Assembly (NCBI GenBank): GCA_963745835.1
Contig: CAVUZH010000014.1
Coordinates: 352,001 to 416,000, forward strand
Direction: 5' to 3'
Source: an uncultured delta proteobacterium
Lineage (GTDB): Bacteria > Desulfobacterota > Binatia > UBA9968
DNA: 64,000 nucleotides
Under the pieces are notes generated by a model. The model was not told where the DNA came from and searched no databases. It saw only the letters and a list, made by a program, of their open reading frames with translations. The position numbers were made by a program, and so were the translations under genes. Shown here piece by piece: positions 44,964 to 54,750 of the stretch (positions within the stretch are counted from its first letter, which is position 1; each line of letters opens with the position of its first letter).

Positions 44964-46058
44964 GTGGATATGAATGCAATTCGGCCCAGGTTCGTTCTCG
45001 TTGTTTTGGCGGCAGTTTCACTTCTCATTGGTCTGTGGGCTGGCATGGTTAGGATCGGTTGGGTTCTGCCGAGACCGACTGAAGAGTTTGTGCTCGTTCA
45101 CGGGCCGCTGATGGTGGTGGGATTTCTCGGTACGCTCATCGGACTTGAGCGCGCCGTCGCCTTGCATCGCTGGTGGCCGTACGGCATCCCCGTCTTCTCC
45201 GCTCTCACCCCAATTACGTTGTTTGCCGCTCCAGTGGAATTGACGGCGTCATTGGCAGCCGCGGCGAGTATACTTCTGATCGCGGTGTTTATTGCGCTTT
45301 ACCGCCAGTACCCTTCCGCGCATTTCATCATCATGGCGCTAAGCGCCGTTACCTGGTTGGTGGGCAACGCTCTTTGGCTTACCGGTTTTCCAATGTTCGC
45401 TCTGGTGCCATGGTGGGCTGCATTCCTGGTGCTCATGATTGCCGCTGAAAGATTGGAGCTGTCTCGACTCAGGCAACCCACGGCGCTCGTTCGTTTGGTA
45501 TTTCATGCCGCGGTTGCGGTCATACTCACCGGACTTGGGTACTCGTTCCTGAATCTTCATACAGCCATTCGCATAGGCGGAATCGGACTGCTTATCTTGG
45601 CACTCTGGTTGTTGCGTTACGATCTGGTATGGAAGAGCGTACAGCAAGTCGGTTTGCCGCGTCTCATGGCGATCTGTTTGATTGCCGGATATGTATGGTT
45701 GGCGGCGGCCGGAGTTCTTTGGATTATTTTCGCAGAATTTTTTAGCGCCGGCCCGCGCTACGATGCGATGTTACATGCGATCTTTTTGGGTTTTGTCTTC
45801 TCGATGATATTTGCCCACGCGCCGATCATATTGCCAACCATAACCGGACTGGCCTTGCCGTTTCAAAATGCTTTTTATCTGCACGCGGGTTTATTGCATC
45901 TGTCGGTGCTCTTGCGAATCTCCGGCGATCTTGCGCTTTTGCTTTCGGTGCAACGATGGGCTGGTTTGCTCAATGCAAGCGCGATCTTACTCTTTTTGAT
46001 CAATAACGTTCGCGCCGTGCGGTTGGGGGCAAACGGCCGTTCGATTAGAAAAAACTGA
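44964..46058 (+). CDS. NnrS-like polytopic membrane protein (NO-metabolism associated)
   Basis: HGPLMVVGFLGTLIGLERAVAL, AERLELSR, YDAMLHAIFLGFVFSMIFAHAP. Confidence 0.65.
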   Translation: MDMNAIRPRFVLVVLAAVSLLIGLWAGMVRIGWVLPRPTEEFVLVHGPLMVVGFLGTLIGLERAVALHRWWPYGIPVFSALTPITLFAAPVELTASLAAAASILLIAVFIALYRQYPSAHFIIMALSAVTWLVGNALWLTGFPMFALVPWWAAFLVLMIAAERLELSRLRQPTALVRLVFHAAVAVILTGLGYSFLNLHTAIRIGGIGLLILALWLLRYDLVWKSVQQVGLPRLMAICLIAGYVWLAAAGVLWIIFAEFFSAGPRYDAMLHAIFLGFVFSMIFAHAPIILPTITGLALPFQNAFYLHAGLLHLSVLLRISGDLALLLSVQRWAGLLNASAILLFLINNVRAVRLGANGRSIRKN

Positions 46059-46606
46059 TCCGGGTCAGCAAATTTCTTGGAACGCAGAATCTGTTTGGGT
46101 GCGATTCCTATTCATAACAACCGGCTTGCTTGGCCAGGTGGTGCCAGGCATAGAAACAGGCGCGCACCATCGGCGGCACCTCAGCTTTGTCAAAATCCTC
46201 GGGCGTTAAGCCGATTACCTCCCCTTGCTTCACCGTGACCGTGCAGTGATCCATGCCGCCAGCGGGTCGTTAATTAGGTCATCGCTCTCGTGCCCCAGAT
46301 TACCCGCTTGACCGCCAGCGGTGCACTGACTTGCACATAGCCCCAGCAATCGCGTCGGTTGGTTGTGTACAGCGCACTCTGCACGACATAGAAACGTCCC
46401 CGCTCCAACGTCAGCGGCACCGCGAAGAAACTTTTGAACTCGACGCTCTCGAACTGGTCATTGACCCATCTGGTCCAGAGTTTTCAGTAAGTCGCCCACA
46501 AGATCCAGAGCGATCTCCCAAAGTTTACAGCAGCGCAGGCTCCGAAATCACGGACGTGCACGCTTTCAGTAGATTACATGTAAACCAAAATTTCGTCATT
46601 CTCCCT

Positions 46607-47020
46607 CTAACGATGATAATCGCCCGCCGCTTCGGGCTGATAGACGATCTCTCTAACAGTTAGCCTTTTTAAGCCAGCTGGAACGTCCCATTCAACTGTG
46701 TCCCCAACCCGATATCCCAGCACTGCGGTTCCAATTGGAGCTAGAATTGAAATTTTGCCACGCGACGAATCAGCGTCAGCAGGGAACACTAAGCTGTAGA
46801 CGGGTTCCTCGCCGTTGTCTAAGTCTTGCAGTCTAAATGTTGAATTCATTGTGATCACATCGTTGGGAATTTCTTCCGGTCGCACCAAATCAGCTTGATC
46901 CAATTCGTCGCTTAGCTCATCAAGATATTCCAGAATTCTCTTGTCGCCAAATTCTGAGGCGACGTCTATAAGTTCGCGTAATCGTCGCGAATCGAACTCG
47001 GTAATATAGATTTTACTCAT
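46607..47020 (-). CDS. rnk: Regulator of nucleoside diphosphate kinase (GreA/GreB family)
   Basis: IYITEFD...DVITMNS...LVFPADAD...ISILAPIGTAVLG. Confidence 0.88.
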   Translation of the reverse strand: MSKIYITEFDSRRLRELIDVASEFGDKRILEYLDELSDELDQADLVRPEEIPNDVITMNSTFRLQDLDNGEEPVYSLVFPADADSSRGKISILAPIGTAVLGYRVGDTVEWDVPAGLKRLTVREIVYQPEAAGDYHR

Positions 47021-48058
47021 TGTAGGTTCCTCGTTTGGGTACAGTATCAATCTCGGGAAAGCCCTTATCTTTGTCAGTTGATGAACCGTCTATTATTGCT
47101 ACTTTCTCGATATCAGAGTGAGAAGGCTTTCTGGCCAATCCAACCGCGCCGTTTGGTTTTACCATCAATACGGAGCATTTGACTTGGTTGAGGATTTTCT
47201 CGGCGGTATTGCCGATGAGCCATCCCCCTAATCCACGTCTGCTGAACATACCTACGACAAGCAAGTCAATTTTTGCCCTGCGCGCTACCATTGGAATCAC
47301 TTTACTCGCCGTGCCTTTCATCAGGTGCATGCGATGTCGCACTGTCGTTGCACTGGAGTTTTGGATCATCTCTTTGACAGAACTCGCCTGAACATTAAAA
47401 ACGTTGTAGGCATACCTGCTTAGATTCTCAGCCGAGAGTCCGCCTTGGCTGCGGAGAACACCTTCAGCGGGCGCCCTCCAGGCGTTGACAATGTGCAGTT
47501 CAGTGCCTTCTCTACGGCCAGTGAAGAGGCTATATCCAAAATCTTCGTATTCAACGCATCTCTGTCTTCGTCGAACGGATCCGGATCCACAGCAGCCATT
47601 ATCCGGATATCTTCCTTTGCGATACTTGGGTTTATAACCCAAACCGGACACGGGCACTTCCGGATGAGCTTCAACGTGGTAGAGCCGAGTGAGATCTGTT
47701 TCAGTGGAGGCCTACTATGTTCGGCCACCAGTACAAGATCATGTCGGCCACGTAGTACTTGCTGCATTACTTCGGCGACCGGATTTCCGCACACCACATT
47801 AATTTCGAACTGCAGATTTGCCTGCTTCGTTACTACGAGCTCTTTTAGTTTCTCGCACCGCTCCAGAATGCCAATCTCTCGGAGATCCTTTGACGATTGA
47901 TCAGCCGGTGAACCCAACCGTTCTGGCACTGCTTCGATCACATTGAGTATCGTTAAACGGGCGTTCTCCTCCGCAGCAAGCGCGATTGCGCGCTCACAGG
48001 CTTCTTCACACAGTGTGTTCGAATCAACAAACAAAAGAATGTTTTTAAATCCCGCCAT
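47013..48058 (-). CDS. Tandem-domain universal stress protein (UspE-like), frameshift near 47510
   Basis: FKNILL, LIRKCPCPVW, IMAAVDP, LIGNTAEKILNQVKCSVLMVKP. Confidence 0.85.
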
Positions 48059-48410
48059 GAACTTCTTTGCTCCTTGGGCCGACAAATAAAACGGCCTTCA
48101 AAGGTCAGTTGTTATAGGCAAGCTCGAGGGTTGCCTAGTTTGTTTGCTTGTTCTTAGTTCGGGCTACTTAAAAGTATACCGTTGCATGAGATCCGCTGGT
48201 GATCTCGCACGTGATCCACACAGGCGCAGTGCCGGACCGACGGTATAAGACTGTCACGGTATTGAGTCGTGGGAGATTGCCAGCCGATCTAGCATCCGAA
48301 GATAAAATACACATCAGACGCTGTCAGCTTTCGACGACCTCCTACGGCGGTGCGTTTACGTTTGCTCTGCGACAGCTAGAATCTGCAGCTTTTGGGAACG
48401 CCTAGTTTTT

Positions 48411-48539
48411 TTAAGCTCTCCCGATACTAGCAGCCAGTCCGGCAATTCCGAGAAAAAAGATAACCAGCGCTATCGGGAGAACAATGATGGAAAATAAACT
48501 GAAAGCTATAAGACCAACAATTGGATTTAAGATGCTCAC
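48411..48539 (-). CDS. 42-aa hydrophobic small protein (below ORF-track cutoff)
   Basis: MSILNPIVGLIAFSLFSIIVLPIALVIFFLGIAGLAASIGRA; RBS AAGGAG; own sigma54 promoter. Confidence 0.55.
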   Translation of the reverse strand: MSILNPIVGLIAFSLFSIIVLPIALVIFFLGIAGLAASIGRA

Positions 48540-48565
48540 ATCGACGCTCCTTACGCATTCGATAG

Positions 48566-48582
48566 AGCAAGATCGATGCCGG
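48566..48582 (-). promoter_or_regulatory. sigma54 promoter
   Basis: CCGGCATCGATCTTGCT. Confidence 0.6.
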
Positions 48583-48717
48583 GATCGATTGAGGAATTTA
48601 TCGGCTTCGAATGAAGAAAAGTTTGGTAGCTCTTTTATGTCTGCGCATTATCTACTTGGGATCCGCAGAGCAAGATGTCCACATAAGGCTCGATGGTGGT
48701 TCTTGCACCGTCAAGGC

Positions 48718-48745
48718 TGAGGCAAGATTGTGAGACACTGTGGCA
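48718..48745 (+). promoter_or_regulatory. Conserved 28-bp upstream element, copy 1 of 3
   Basis: TGAGGCAAGATTGTGAGACACTGTGGCA; compare 56074 and 61855. Confidence 0.55.
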
Positions 48746-48903
48746 TGTTTGCGTTCTTGGATTCTCCAAATGCTCATCCACAATGTAAGCTAGGCGCACT
48801 GGTTGGCGAACGACCGCATAATCCTATGGCGATCTGTCGCATTGATCCACGACGCTGTCGCACAATTAGAAGCGAAGCTTACCGTCGCTACTCACATAGC
48901 CGG

Positions 48904-49404
48904 TCACAGCTCTATATCGTAGCCGGCCTTTGCCAAGGCGCGGCGCGTCGCATCGATCACTTTGGCAGCGTCGACATGTGGCGCCACTCTTACATTGGAA
49001 GCATTTCGTAGCTGGGTTAAGATTTGATCCGTCTCAGCCCCTGCCAGTTCTTCACATTGTTCATAGAATCCGCCCGGCCGCTCTTCAATGGGATTGTGCA
49101 CTTGGAGGATGATTTTGATCGCCGCTATGATAGAAGAGGTAGGCGTGGGCACAAGAAGCGCCGCGAGAGCCCCGTGATCGAGACGGAGTTTCGACGCGAT
49201 CGGAAGGGGTTTCCCATTGCCAAGCCGCTGCGCCGCGGGGAGCAGGATCTTTTCCTCCATCGCGATATGTTTCAACAATTGAGCACGGAATTGCGCGTAA
49301 GCGGGGCCGTCAATAGTATCCAGACGAGCCGTAGCACGCTCAAGCAAAGCGTCGAGACATGCGTGATCGTCCGCGAGGTAGCGGTAGATTTTACCCCGAT
49401 CCAT
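48904..49404 (-). CDS. Hemerythrin (HHE) domain protein
   Basis: DDH, HIAMEEKILLP, LDHGAL, HNPIEE. Confidence 0.82.
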   Translation of the reverse strand: MDRGKIYRYLADDHACLDALLERATARLDTIDGPAYAQFRAQLLKHIAMEEKILLPAAQRLGNGKPLPIASKLRLDHGALAALLVPTPTSSIIAAIKIILQVHNPIEERPGGFYEQCEELAGAETDQILTQLRNASNVRVAPHVDAAKVIDATRRALAKAGYDIEL

Positions 49405-49538
49405 AAGGCCCCTGACCAAAAGTCTTCAATGGCTGCAACCTAACTTAAATTTAAATTTAGGAGGAACAATCAGTTGAGAATTAGACGGCATTAAGGTTTC
49501 ATGTAGGCCTTGTCACACTGTAGAGGTCAACATCGACC

Positions 49539-49660
49539 TTGAGACGATGGTTGACCACATTCCAGTCAATGTTGGCGAAAAAAGCATCGATGTATTTTGA
49601 ACAGTCAGCAGGTTAATAGTCGACCAGGAACGCGTGCTCCCAAACATCCATCACGAGCAC
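49539..49660 (-). pseudogene. Degraded 3' fragment of Fe/Mn superoxide dismutase
   Basis: VLVMDVWEHAFLVDY*PADCSKYIDAFFANIDWNVV; inverted paralog of 52375-52500. Confidence 0.8.
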
Positions 49661-49825
49661 GCCCAGCACGGCCGGCCCGCGTCCCCGCCCATGACAATTG
49701 TAGCGTCATAATCAGTGAGCAAAACCAAATAGCGCATTCCGGTAATCTTTTTAGCACTAACGGCTTCGACATCACTGCAGCGCTGTGGCTTGCACGGGAT
49801 GGCCGGATGATGCCGTAGCAGCCTC

Positions 49826-50026
49826 CTATCTGTTAACTTTTAACAAGGACGAACGATAGCCGCGCCGCTCATGACGCCTCGGCACCGCCACAGTTTTGAA
49901 ATTTGGAAGAAGGCCAATCCTTATCTTCCATTCTCCGATACTAACTACCAGCGCAGCAACAGCCAGGCAGACTCCCGCAATGATGCTAACCGAGAGCACA
50001 ACAGTAGAGAACATACCCATATCCAT
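49826..50026 (-). CDS. Small single-TM hypothetical protein
   Basis: Hydrophobic N-terminus, basic tail, RBS AAAGGA. Confidence 0.45.
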   Translation of the reverse strand: MDMGMFSTVVLSVSIIAGVCLAVAALVVSIGEWKIRIGLLPNFKTVAVPRRHERRGYRSSLLKVNR

Positions 50027-50124
50027 CCTTTCTTTTCGCAGTATTTAGAAACTCACCCCGCAAAGGCCGCCGCCTAACCAGTGCCGACTTTCTTTTTAGG
50101 CGCGAGGCTCATATGTCCCTGGGC

Positions 50125-50408
50125 TCACCTCGGGCCTCCTTTTGCTGACGATCCAAAAATTTCGACGAACGAATCTTTCGGTCTCAGCGGCGGCATTGAG
50201 AACTCGCAGGGCCGATTCCTTACCACTCCTCTCAAGTCAGTATACTCTTGCAGATTCATCCGGGATAATCGGGAAAAGGCTGGCCGGACTTCATCCGGCT
50301 CGCCGGACCATGCTGAAGAAAGATGACTGAGGTGGAAGGATACCGTTGAAGAAGCTCGTCGAGGAGCCACTCCTCTGTTATATCGCCCGAGTAATCTTTC
50401 TCCTTCAT
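50125..50408 (-). CDS. DUF1858/ScdA-N-like small domain protein, frameshifted (not in ORF track)
   Basis: MKEKDYSGDITEEWLLDELLQRYPSTSVIFLQHG...MNLQEYTDLRGV..ESALRVLNAAA. Confidence 0.5.
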
Positions 50409-50441
50409 TAAATGACCTCGGCCGATTACGAAAAGCTAAAA

Positions 50442-50458
50442 CGCAACTGTTATGCCAG
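50442..50458 (-). promoter_or_regulatory. sigma54 promoter
   Basis: CTGGCATAACAGTTGCG. Confidence 0.65.
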
Positions 50459-51003
50459 GAATCCTCGAACCTTTTAGATTCTGGAGATGACCAAGCCACA
50501 GCAGACGCCACTCGTGTTTCAGACGTTACGCAGAGTATTCACTGTCAGTAGATTTTGTTTGCTCAGTAAAGCCGGAAGGCTGGGGCAAGAATGTGTGGCC
50601 ACTGAGGCGTTTTTGTGATTAATCGGCTTCTCACTGCTCAGCACAATAACTCTGTAATTTGCGCCGCCATTTTGAGCCTTCAGTAAAACTATCGTGCGGC
50701 TTTCTCTAATATTCGTTTTCATTCACTGCAAAAAGTAGAGCCATTGGGTTTTACTTCGTCCGTTTCATAGAAGCGTTTTTGAAGTTCACCCGTTGTTGGG
50801 AATAATCTTATCTATAATCATAATCGCACAACGCCGCTTGACGCTGATATACGATTTCGTTGACTTCTCGAGTCCACCCGTCGAACAGTACACTGACTAC
50901 TTGAAAATAGTTCAAGGAAGGCTTGCCAGCGATCAGTACCGATGAAACGCAGATTTGCTGCTTGCCAACTCGTTGCATCAACAGGTGCCTAACCTAAACT
51001 GTT

Positions 51004-51020
51004 CTGGCACATGGATCGCA
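51004..51020 (+). promoter_or_regulatory. sigma54 promoter of dps-sod
   Basis: CTGGCACATGGATCGCA. Confidence 0.6.
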
Positions 51021-51098
51021 TTGTAAGCGTGAGACGAGTTCAACCGTTTGGGATCTATAAATAGCCGGGCGTTCATTAAACTAAATAGGGAGAAAGCA

Positions 51099-51833
51099 AT
51101 GGGAGCGGTAAGCAGACGAGATCAACAAATTTCGGAAGAGATGATCGATTCGACCCTGGCGGATAGTTTTCCCGCAAGCGATCCGCCGTCCTGGACATTG
51201 GGCCGCGAGCGTTATCGCAAAAAAGAGCCCGGCACGTCAATCGCCGAATCGCCGCGAACAGATAACAAAGAGAAGTTCAGTTTGAAAAGAAATATCGATT
51301 TTTTAGAAGAACGAAATATAGATGTGGTGAAGATCCTGAACACGTTATTGTCCATCGAGTACCTGCTTTACACCAAAACACAGAGCTATTACTGGAACGT
51401 CACCGGACCGCAGTTCCGCGACCTGCACAAGCTCTTTGAGGAGCAATATATCGAGCTCAGTGAAATCGTCGATCAGATTGCGGAATGCGCGCGCTCTCTT
51501 GATGGATCGGCATTCGGCACAATGAACGAATTCTCCCACCACGCCAAGCTCAAGGAACCCTCGGACCAGTATCCCGAGCCGTGCGAGATGATTGCCAACC
51601 TTCTAGGCGACCATGAGGCGGTCATTCGACAATTACGCCGTGACCTGGAGACCTGCGCCAATAGGTATCGTGACATGGGCACCCGCGATTTTCTTACAGG
51701 CTTGATGGAGCAGCACGAAAAGATGACCTGGATGCTAAGAGGATTTCTGAGTCAGTTTAGCCCATGCGACAGAGGAAAATTGGAGAAATATGGCACTCAT
51801 CCATTGAAACTAGTTAGTCACATGAAGCGGTGA
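51099..51833 (+). CDS. dps: Dps-family protein with N-terminal extension
   Basis: WNVTGPQFRDLHKLFEEQY, DQIAE, HEKMTWML. Confidence 0.85.
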   Translation: MGAVSRRDQQISEEMIDSTLADSFPASDPPSWTLGRERYRKKEPGTSIAESPRTDNKEKFSLKRNIDFLEERNIDVVKILNTLLSIEYLLYTKTQSYYWNVTGPQFRDLHKLFEEQYIELSEIVDQIAECARSLDGSAFGTMNEFSHHAKLKEPSDQYPEPCEMIANLLGDHEAVIRQLRRDLETCANRYRDMGTRDFLTGLMEQHEKMTWMLRGFLSQFSPCDRGKLEKYGTHPLKLVSHMKR

Positions 51834-51894
51834 GCGCCAGATCAACCATACCGGTTTGCGATTATGATCCCAAAAAATGAGGAGGGTATTATTC

Positions 51895-52566
51895 ATGGCG
51901 ACAGATGAGGCGTATCAAGCCAAGCAGTTCAAACTGAGCGGTCTTCAAGGGATTTCCGATCAAACCCTCGAGATGCACTTCAAACTCTATGAGGGCTACG
52001 TCAAAGAAACCAACCGGCTGACAGAAAAGATCTCGGAGTTGTTAAAAGATGGCCAGGTCGATCAGGAGGAGATGCCGGCTTATTCAGAGCTCACCCGCCG
52101 TCTGGGTTTCGAATACAACGGCATGGTGCTGCATGAGTACTATTTCGGCAACATGACCAAAGGTGGATCGGGTGATCCAGGCAAGCAGTCGGCTTTTTAT
52201 AAAGCGGCAGAGACCGGCTTTGGTAGCTATGATATTTGGAAAGCCGACTTTGTCAGCATCGGCAAAATGCGCGGTGTCGGCTGGGCCATCTGCTTTCAGG
52301 ATCCAAAACGCCGCCGGCTCAGCAATCACTGGGTAAGCTTGCATGAGATCGGCAACGTTGCGGGATTCGAGCCGGTGCTCGTGATGGACGTATGGGAACA
52401 CGCGTTTCTGCTCGATTACAAGCCCGCTGAACGGCCCAAATACATCGAAGCGTTTTTCGCCAACATTGACTGGCAGGCAGTCGAAGACCGTCTTCAAGGT
52501 CGATCCCGTGAATCCATGAATCCCGGTGCGAATTCTTATGTGACGCGCGAAGGAATGTATTCTTGA
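51895..52566 (+). CDS. Fe/Mn superoxide dismutase
   Basis: EMHFKLYEGY, LHEYYF, GVGW, DVWEHAF. Confidence 0.9.
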   Translation: MATDEAYQAKQFKLSGLQGISDQTLEMHFKLYEGYVKETNRLTEKISELLKDGQVDQEEMPAYSELTRRLGFEYNGMVLHEYYFGNMTKGGSGDPGKQSAFYKAAETGFGSYDIWKADFVSIGKMRGVGWAICFQDPKRRRLSNHWVSLHEIGNVAGFEPVLVMDVWEHAFLLDYKPAERPKYIEAFFANIDWQAVEDRLQGRSRESMNPGANSYVTREGMYS

Positions 52567-52693
52567 TCCAAGAAAAGGCCTCGACCAGAAGAAAAAGGTT
52601 GAGAGATTGTTTTGGCGACTCTCATGTTGCGGCAAGTTAACACCCGAGGCTAGGAAATCGGCAAAGCGGTTCGAGACAATCCAAGGAGATTTT

Positions 52694-53095
52694 ATGCAGG
52701 AATCGAAGACTAAAGTACCAAGGGGCAAAAAATCTGCGGTCCTTCGAGTTCGTCGGCTTGCAGGGAAAAGGCTTACATTCATGCTGCGAGCAGAAGATGA
52801 CACGTTGCGAGAATTTGCCGAAGACTCCAAGACCGGCAGAGCGGGCAAGACTCTGGTCAAGGAGGGAGCACTTCGGATTACACTGGTGGCTCTGAAAAAA
52901 GGCACTGTGCTTCCCCCGCACCAGGTAGAAGGCCCGATCAGTATCCAGACTATTCGCGGCTGTCTGAGGCTCACGACCGAGAGGGGAGACATGGATGTTC
53001 CGGAAGGGAACCTCATAGCCTTGGGTCCGGGTGTCGTGCACGCGGCAAAGGCGCAGGATGACTGTGCGATACTACTTACGTTCGCGATGCAGTGA
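52694..53095 (+). CDS. Cupin-domain protein
   Basis: LPPHQVEGPISIQ...GVVHAAKA; RBS AAGGAG. Confidence 0.8.
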   Translation: MQESKTKVPRGKKSAVLRVRRLAGKRLTFMLRAEDDTLREFAEDSKTGRAGKTLVKEGALRITLVALKKGTVLPPHQVEGPISIQTIRGCLRLTTERGDMDVPEGNLIALGPGVVHAAKAQDDCAILLTFAMQ

Positions 53096-53129
53096 GAGTC
53101 ACAACGAATATTCTGAAAGAAATAACCAG

Positions 53130-54098
53130 CTAGTTGTCCAGTCCGACTTTATTCAGTGTTCCGTTTTCGTTGAGGCGGTAGAGCAGCATGTGGAAATAAA
53201 TAAGTCCGGCGTAAGGCTTCCATTTGGCAATCAGCCGGCGCACGCCGTCGTAATCCAAAGGTTTCTTGAGGCCAAGCCATTTTTGTAAGGTATTCCGAGC
53301 GCCCACATCGTCACCGGGAAAAATATGCAAGCGGCCTAGACCACGCAGCAAAACATACTCCGCCGTCCAGCGCCCCACGCCGTTGAGTCTACACAGTTGC
53401 TCGACCGCCGACCCATCATCCAGAGAAAGGAAGCCGTCCCTGTCGACATTGCCTGCGACAATAGCGCGACTCAGTTCGATTATTGCTCCCGCCTTCTGTC
53501 GGCTGAAGCCGAGGTTCCGCAGTGGCTCCGGCTTGAGTGCGGCGAGGTCTTCTGGTCTGGGGAAGGTATGGGCGCGAATACCTATGCCTATGAGGGGTGT
53601 GCCGAACTTCTCGGAAACCCGGTTGAGCATTTGAATGCCGGAGGCGAGACTGAATTGTTGACAAGCAATCCCGTTCACCAAAGCCTCGAGCAATGAGGGG
53701 AACTGGGGCGGCTTAACTCCACGGAAGCGTTGGGCAAGTACCGATAATCTGGGATCCTTTGCAGCATACCGATAAAAGTCCGTGAGATCTGCTTGCAGGC
53801 CCAACACCCGGTTCAATGTTTCGGTTACACCTGCCACTACATCGTGCCCGAAAGGGACGCCAGTTACGGTGACCTGAAGTCGTGGCGCGGCCATTGAGCC
53901 TATCTGGATAACGGCAATTTCCACCGGCTTGCCGTTGAGCACCAGCCCTCTGCAAAATGTTGTCCCGTCCCATCGATCCATTTTGTTCTCTGGTCGCCGG
54001 CGCAATGCCCAGACCGTCAGATCAAGCCGGAAGGGTGGAACCACTTTGAGTGTGAAACGGTCCTCATCTTCTGCTTGGTTTGATCTCATAAGCTGCAT
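53130..54098 (-). CDS. alkA: DNA-3-methyladenine glycosylase II (AlkA family)
   Basis: IACQQ, FPRPE, HhH LNGVGRWTAE, FPGDD, WKPY. Confidence 0.85.
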   Translation of the reverse strand: MQLMRSNQAEDEDRFTLKVVPPFRLDLTVWALRRRPENKMDRWDGTTFCRGLVLNGKPVEIAVIQIGSMAAPRLQVTVTGVPFGHDVVAGVTETLNRVLGLQADLTDFYRYAAKDPRLSVLAQRFRGVKPPQFPSLLEALVNGIACQQFSLASGIQMLNRVSEKFGTPLIGIGIRAHTFPRPEDLAALKPEPLRNLGFSRQKAGAIIELSRAIVAGNVDRDGFLSLDDGSAVEQLCRLNGVGRWTAEYVLLRGLGRLHIFPGDDVGARNTLQKWLGLKKPLDYDGVRRLIAKWKPYAGLIYFHMLLYRLNENGTLNKVGLDN

Positions 54099-54246
54099 TA
54101 CCGCCGAGCCCCGTTTTTCTCTGACGGTACCCAAGGTTTTCTCTGCAATAGGCCGAACTTGGAAGCTCCCTCGTCCGATGTGCTGAATTCAGTGAAAATT
54201 GGTAGATCACCAGCAGTCGCTTTAATGATTCTGGGCTTGAGGCACT

Positions 54247-54594
54247 TCATCGCAGCTCCTCGAGAAGCTCTTTTAGCGCCATTGCGTTGTTGTGTTCCTT
54301 GTCGCGCGCGCCGTAAAGGATGGTGATCGTTGCCGGGCGTTTTTTTCGCGCAAGTTCCTGCAGTTCTTTGGCCCTTGGGCGAAGCTCTTCGTGGTATCGC
54401 CGTCTGAATTCCTCCCACTTCTTCGGGTCATGGTTGAACCACCTTCGCAGCCGATCGCTGGGTGCGAGATCTTTGCGCCAATCATTAAGGCAGGCTTTGT
54501 CCTTGGTGAGTCCCCGAGGCCAGAGCCGATCAATAAGAAGCCGAAAACCGTCCCGCGGTCCAGGCGGATCGTAAACCCTTTTAATCCTAATCAT
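54247..54594 (-). CDS. DUF488 (YeaO-like) protein
   Basis: IKRVYD...DRLWPRG...APSDRLRRWFNHDP...YGARDKEHNNA. Confidence 0.92.
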   Translation of the reverse strand: MIRIKRVYDPPGPRDGFRLLIDRLWPRGLTKDKACLNDWRKDLAPSDRLRRWFNHDPKKWEEFRRRYHEELRPRAKELQELARKKRPATITILYGARDKEHNNAMALKELLEELR

Positions 54595-54750
54595 GCGATA
54601 TCTCCGTTGTAACGCTCATCGGTCGCGAAGCTCTCCATTCGGGAACAGACCGGCAGCGATGAAGGATAGCTCGACGCTGTAGTCTTCATTGTCCAAGCCT
54701 TTCGCTGGGATCTTGCCTCTCCAACATCATTCCTTACCGAAATCGCCACA

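Noticed and set aside
46100-46600. Possible degraded gene downstream of rnk
   Set aside because: Stops in all frames and no recognisable motif
50800-50826. Fur/PerR-like ATAATC repeats upstream of dps
   Set aside because: Poor match to either palindrome and far from the promoter
52084-53016. 310-aa minus-strand ORF and other long antisense ORFs
   Set aside because: Shadow frames of well-supported genes on the opposite strand
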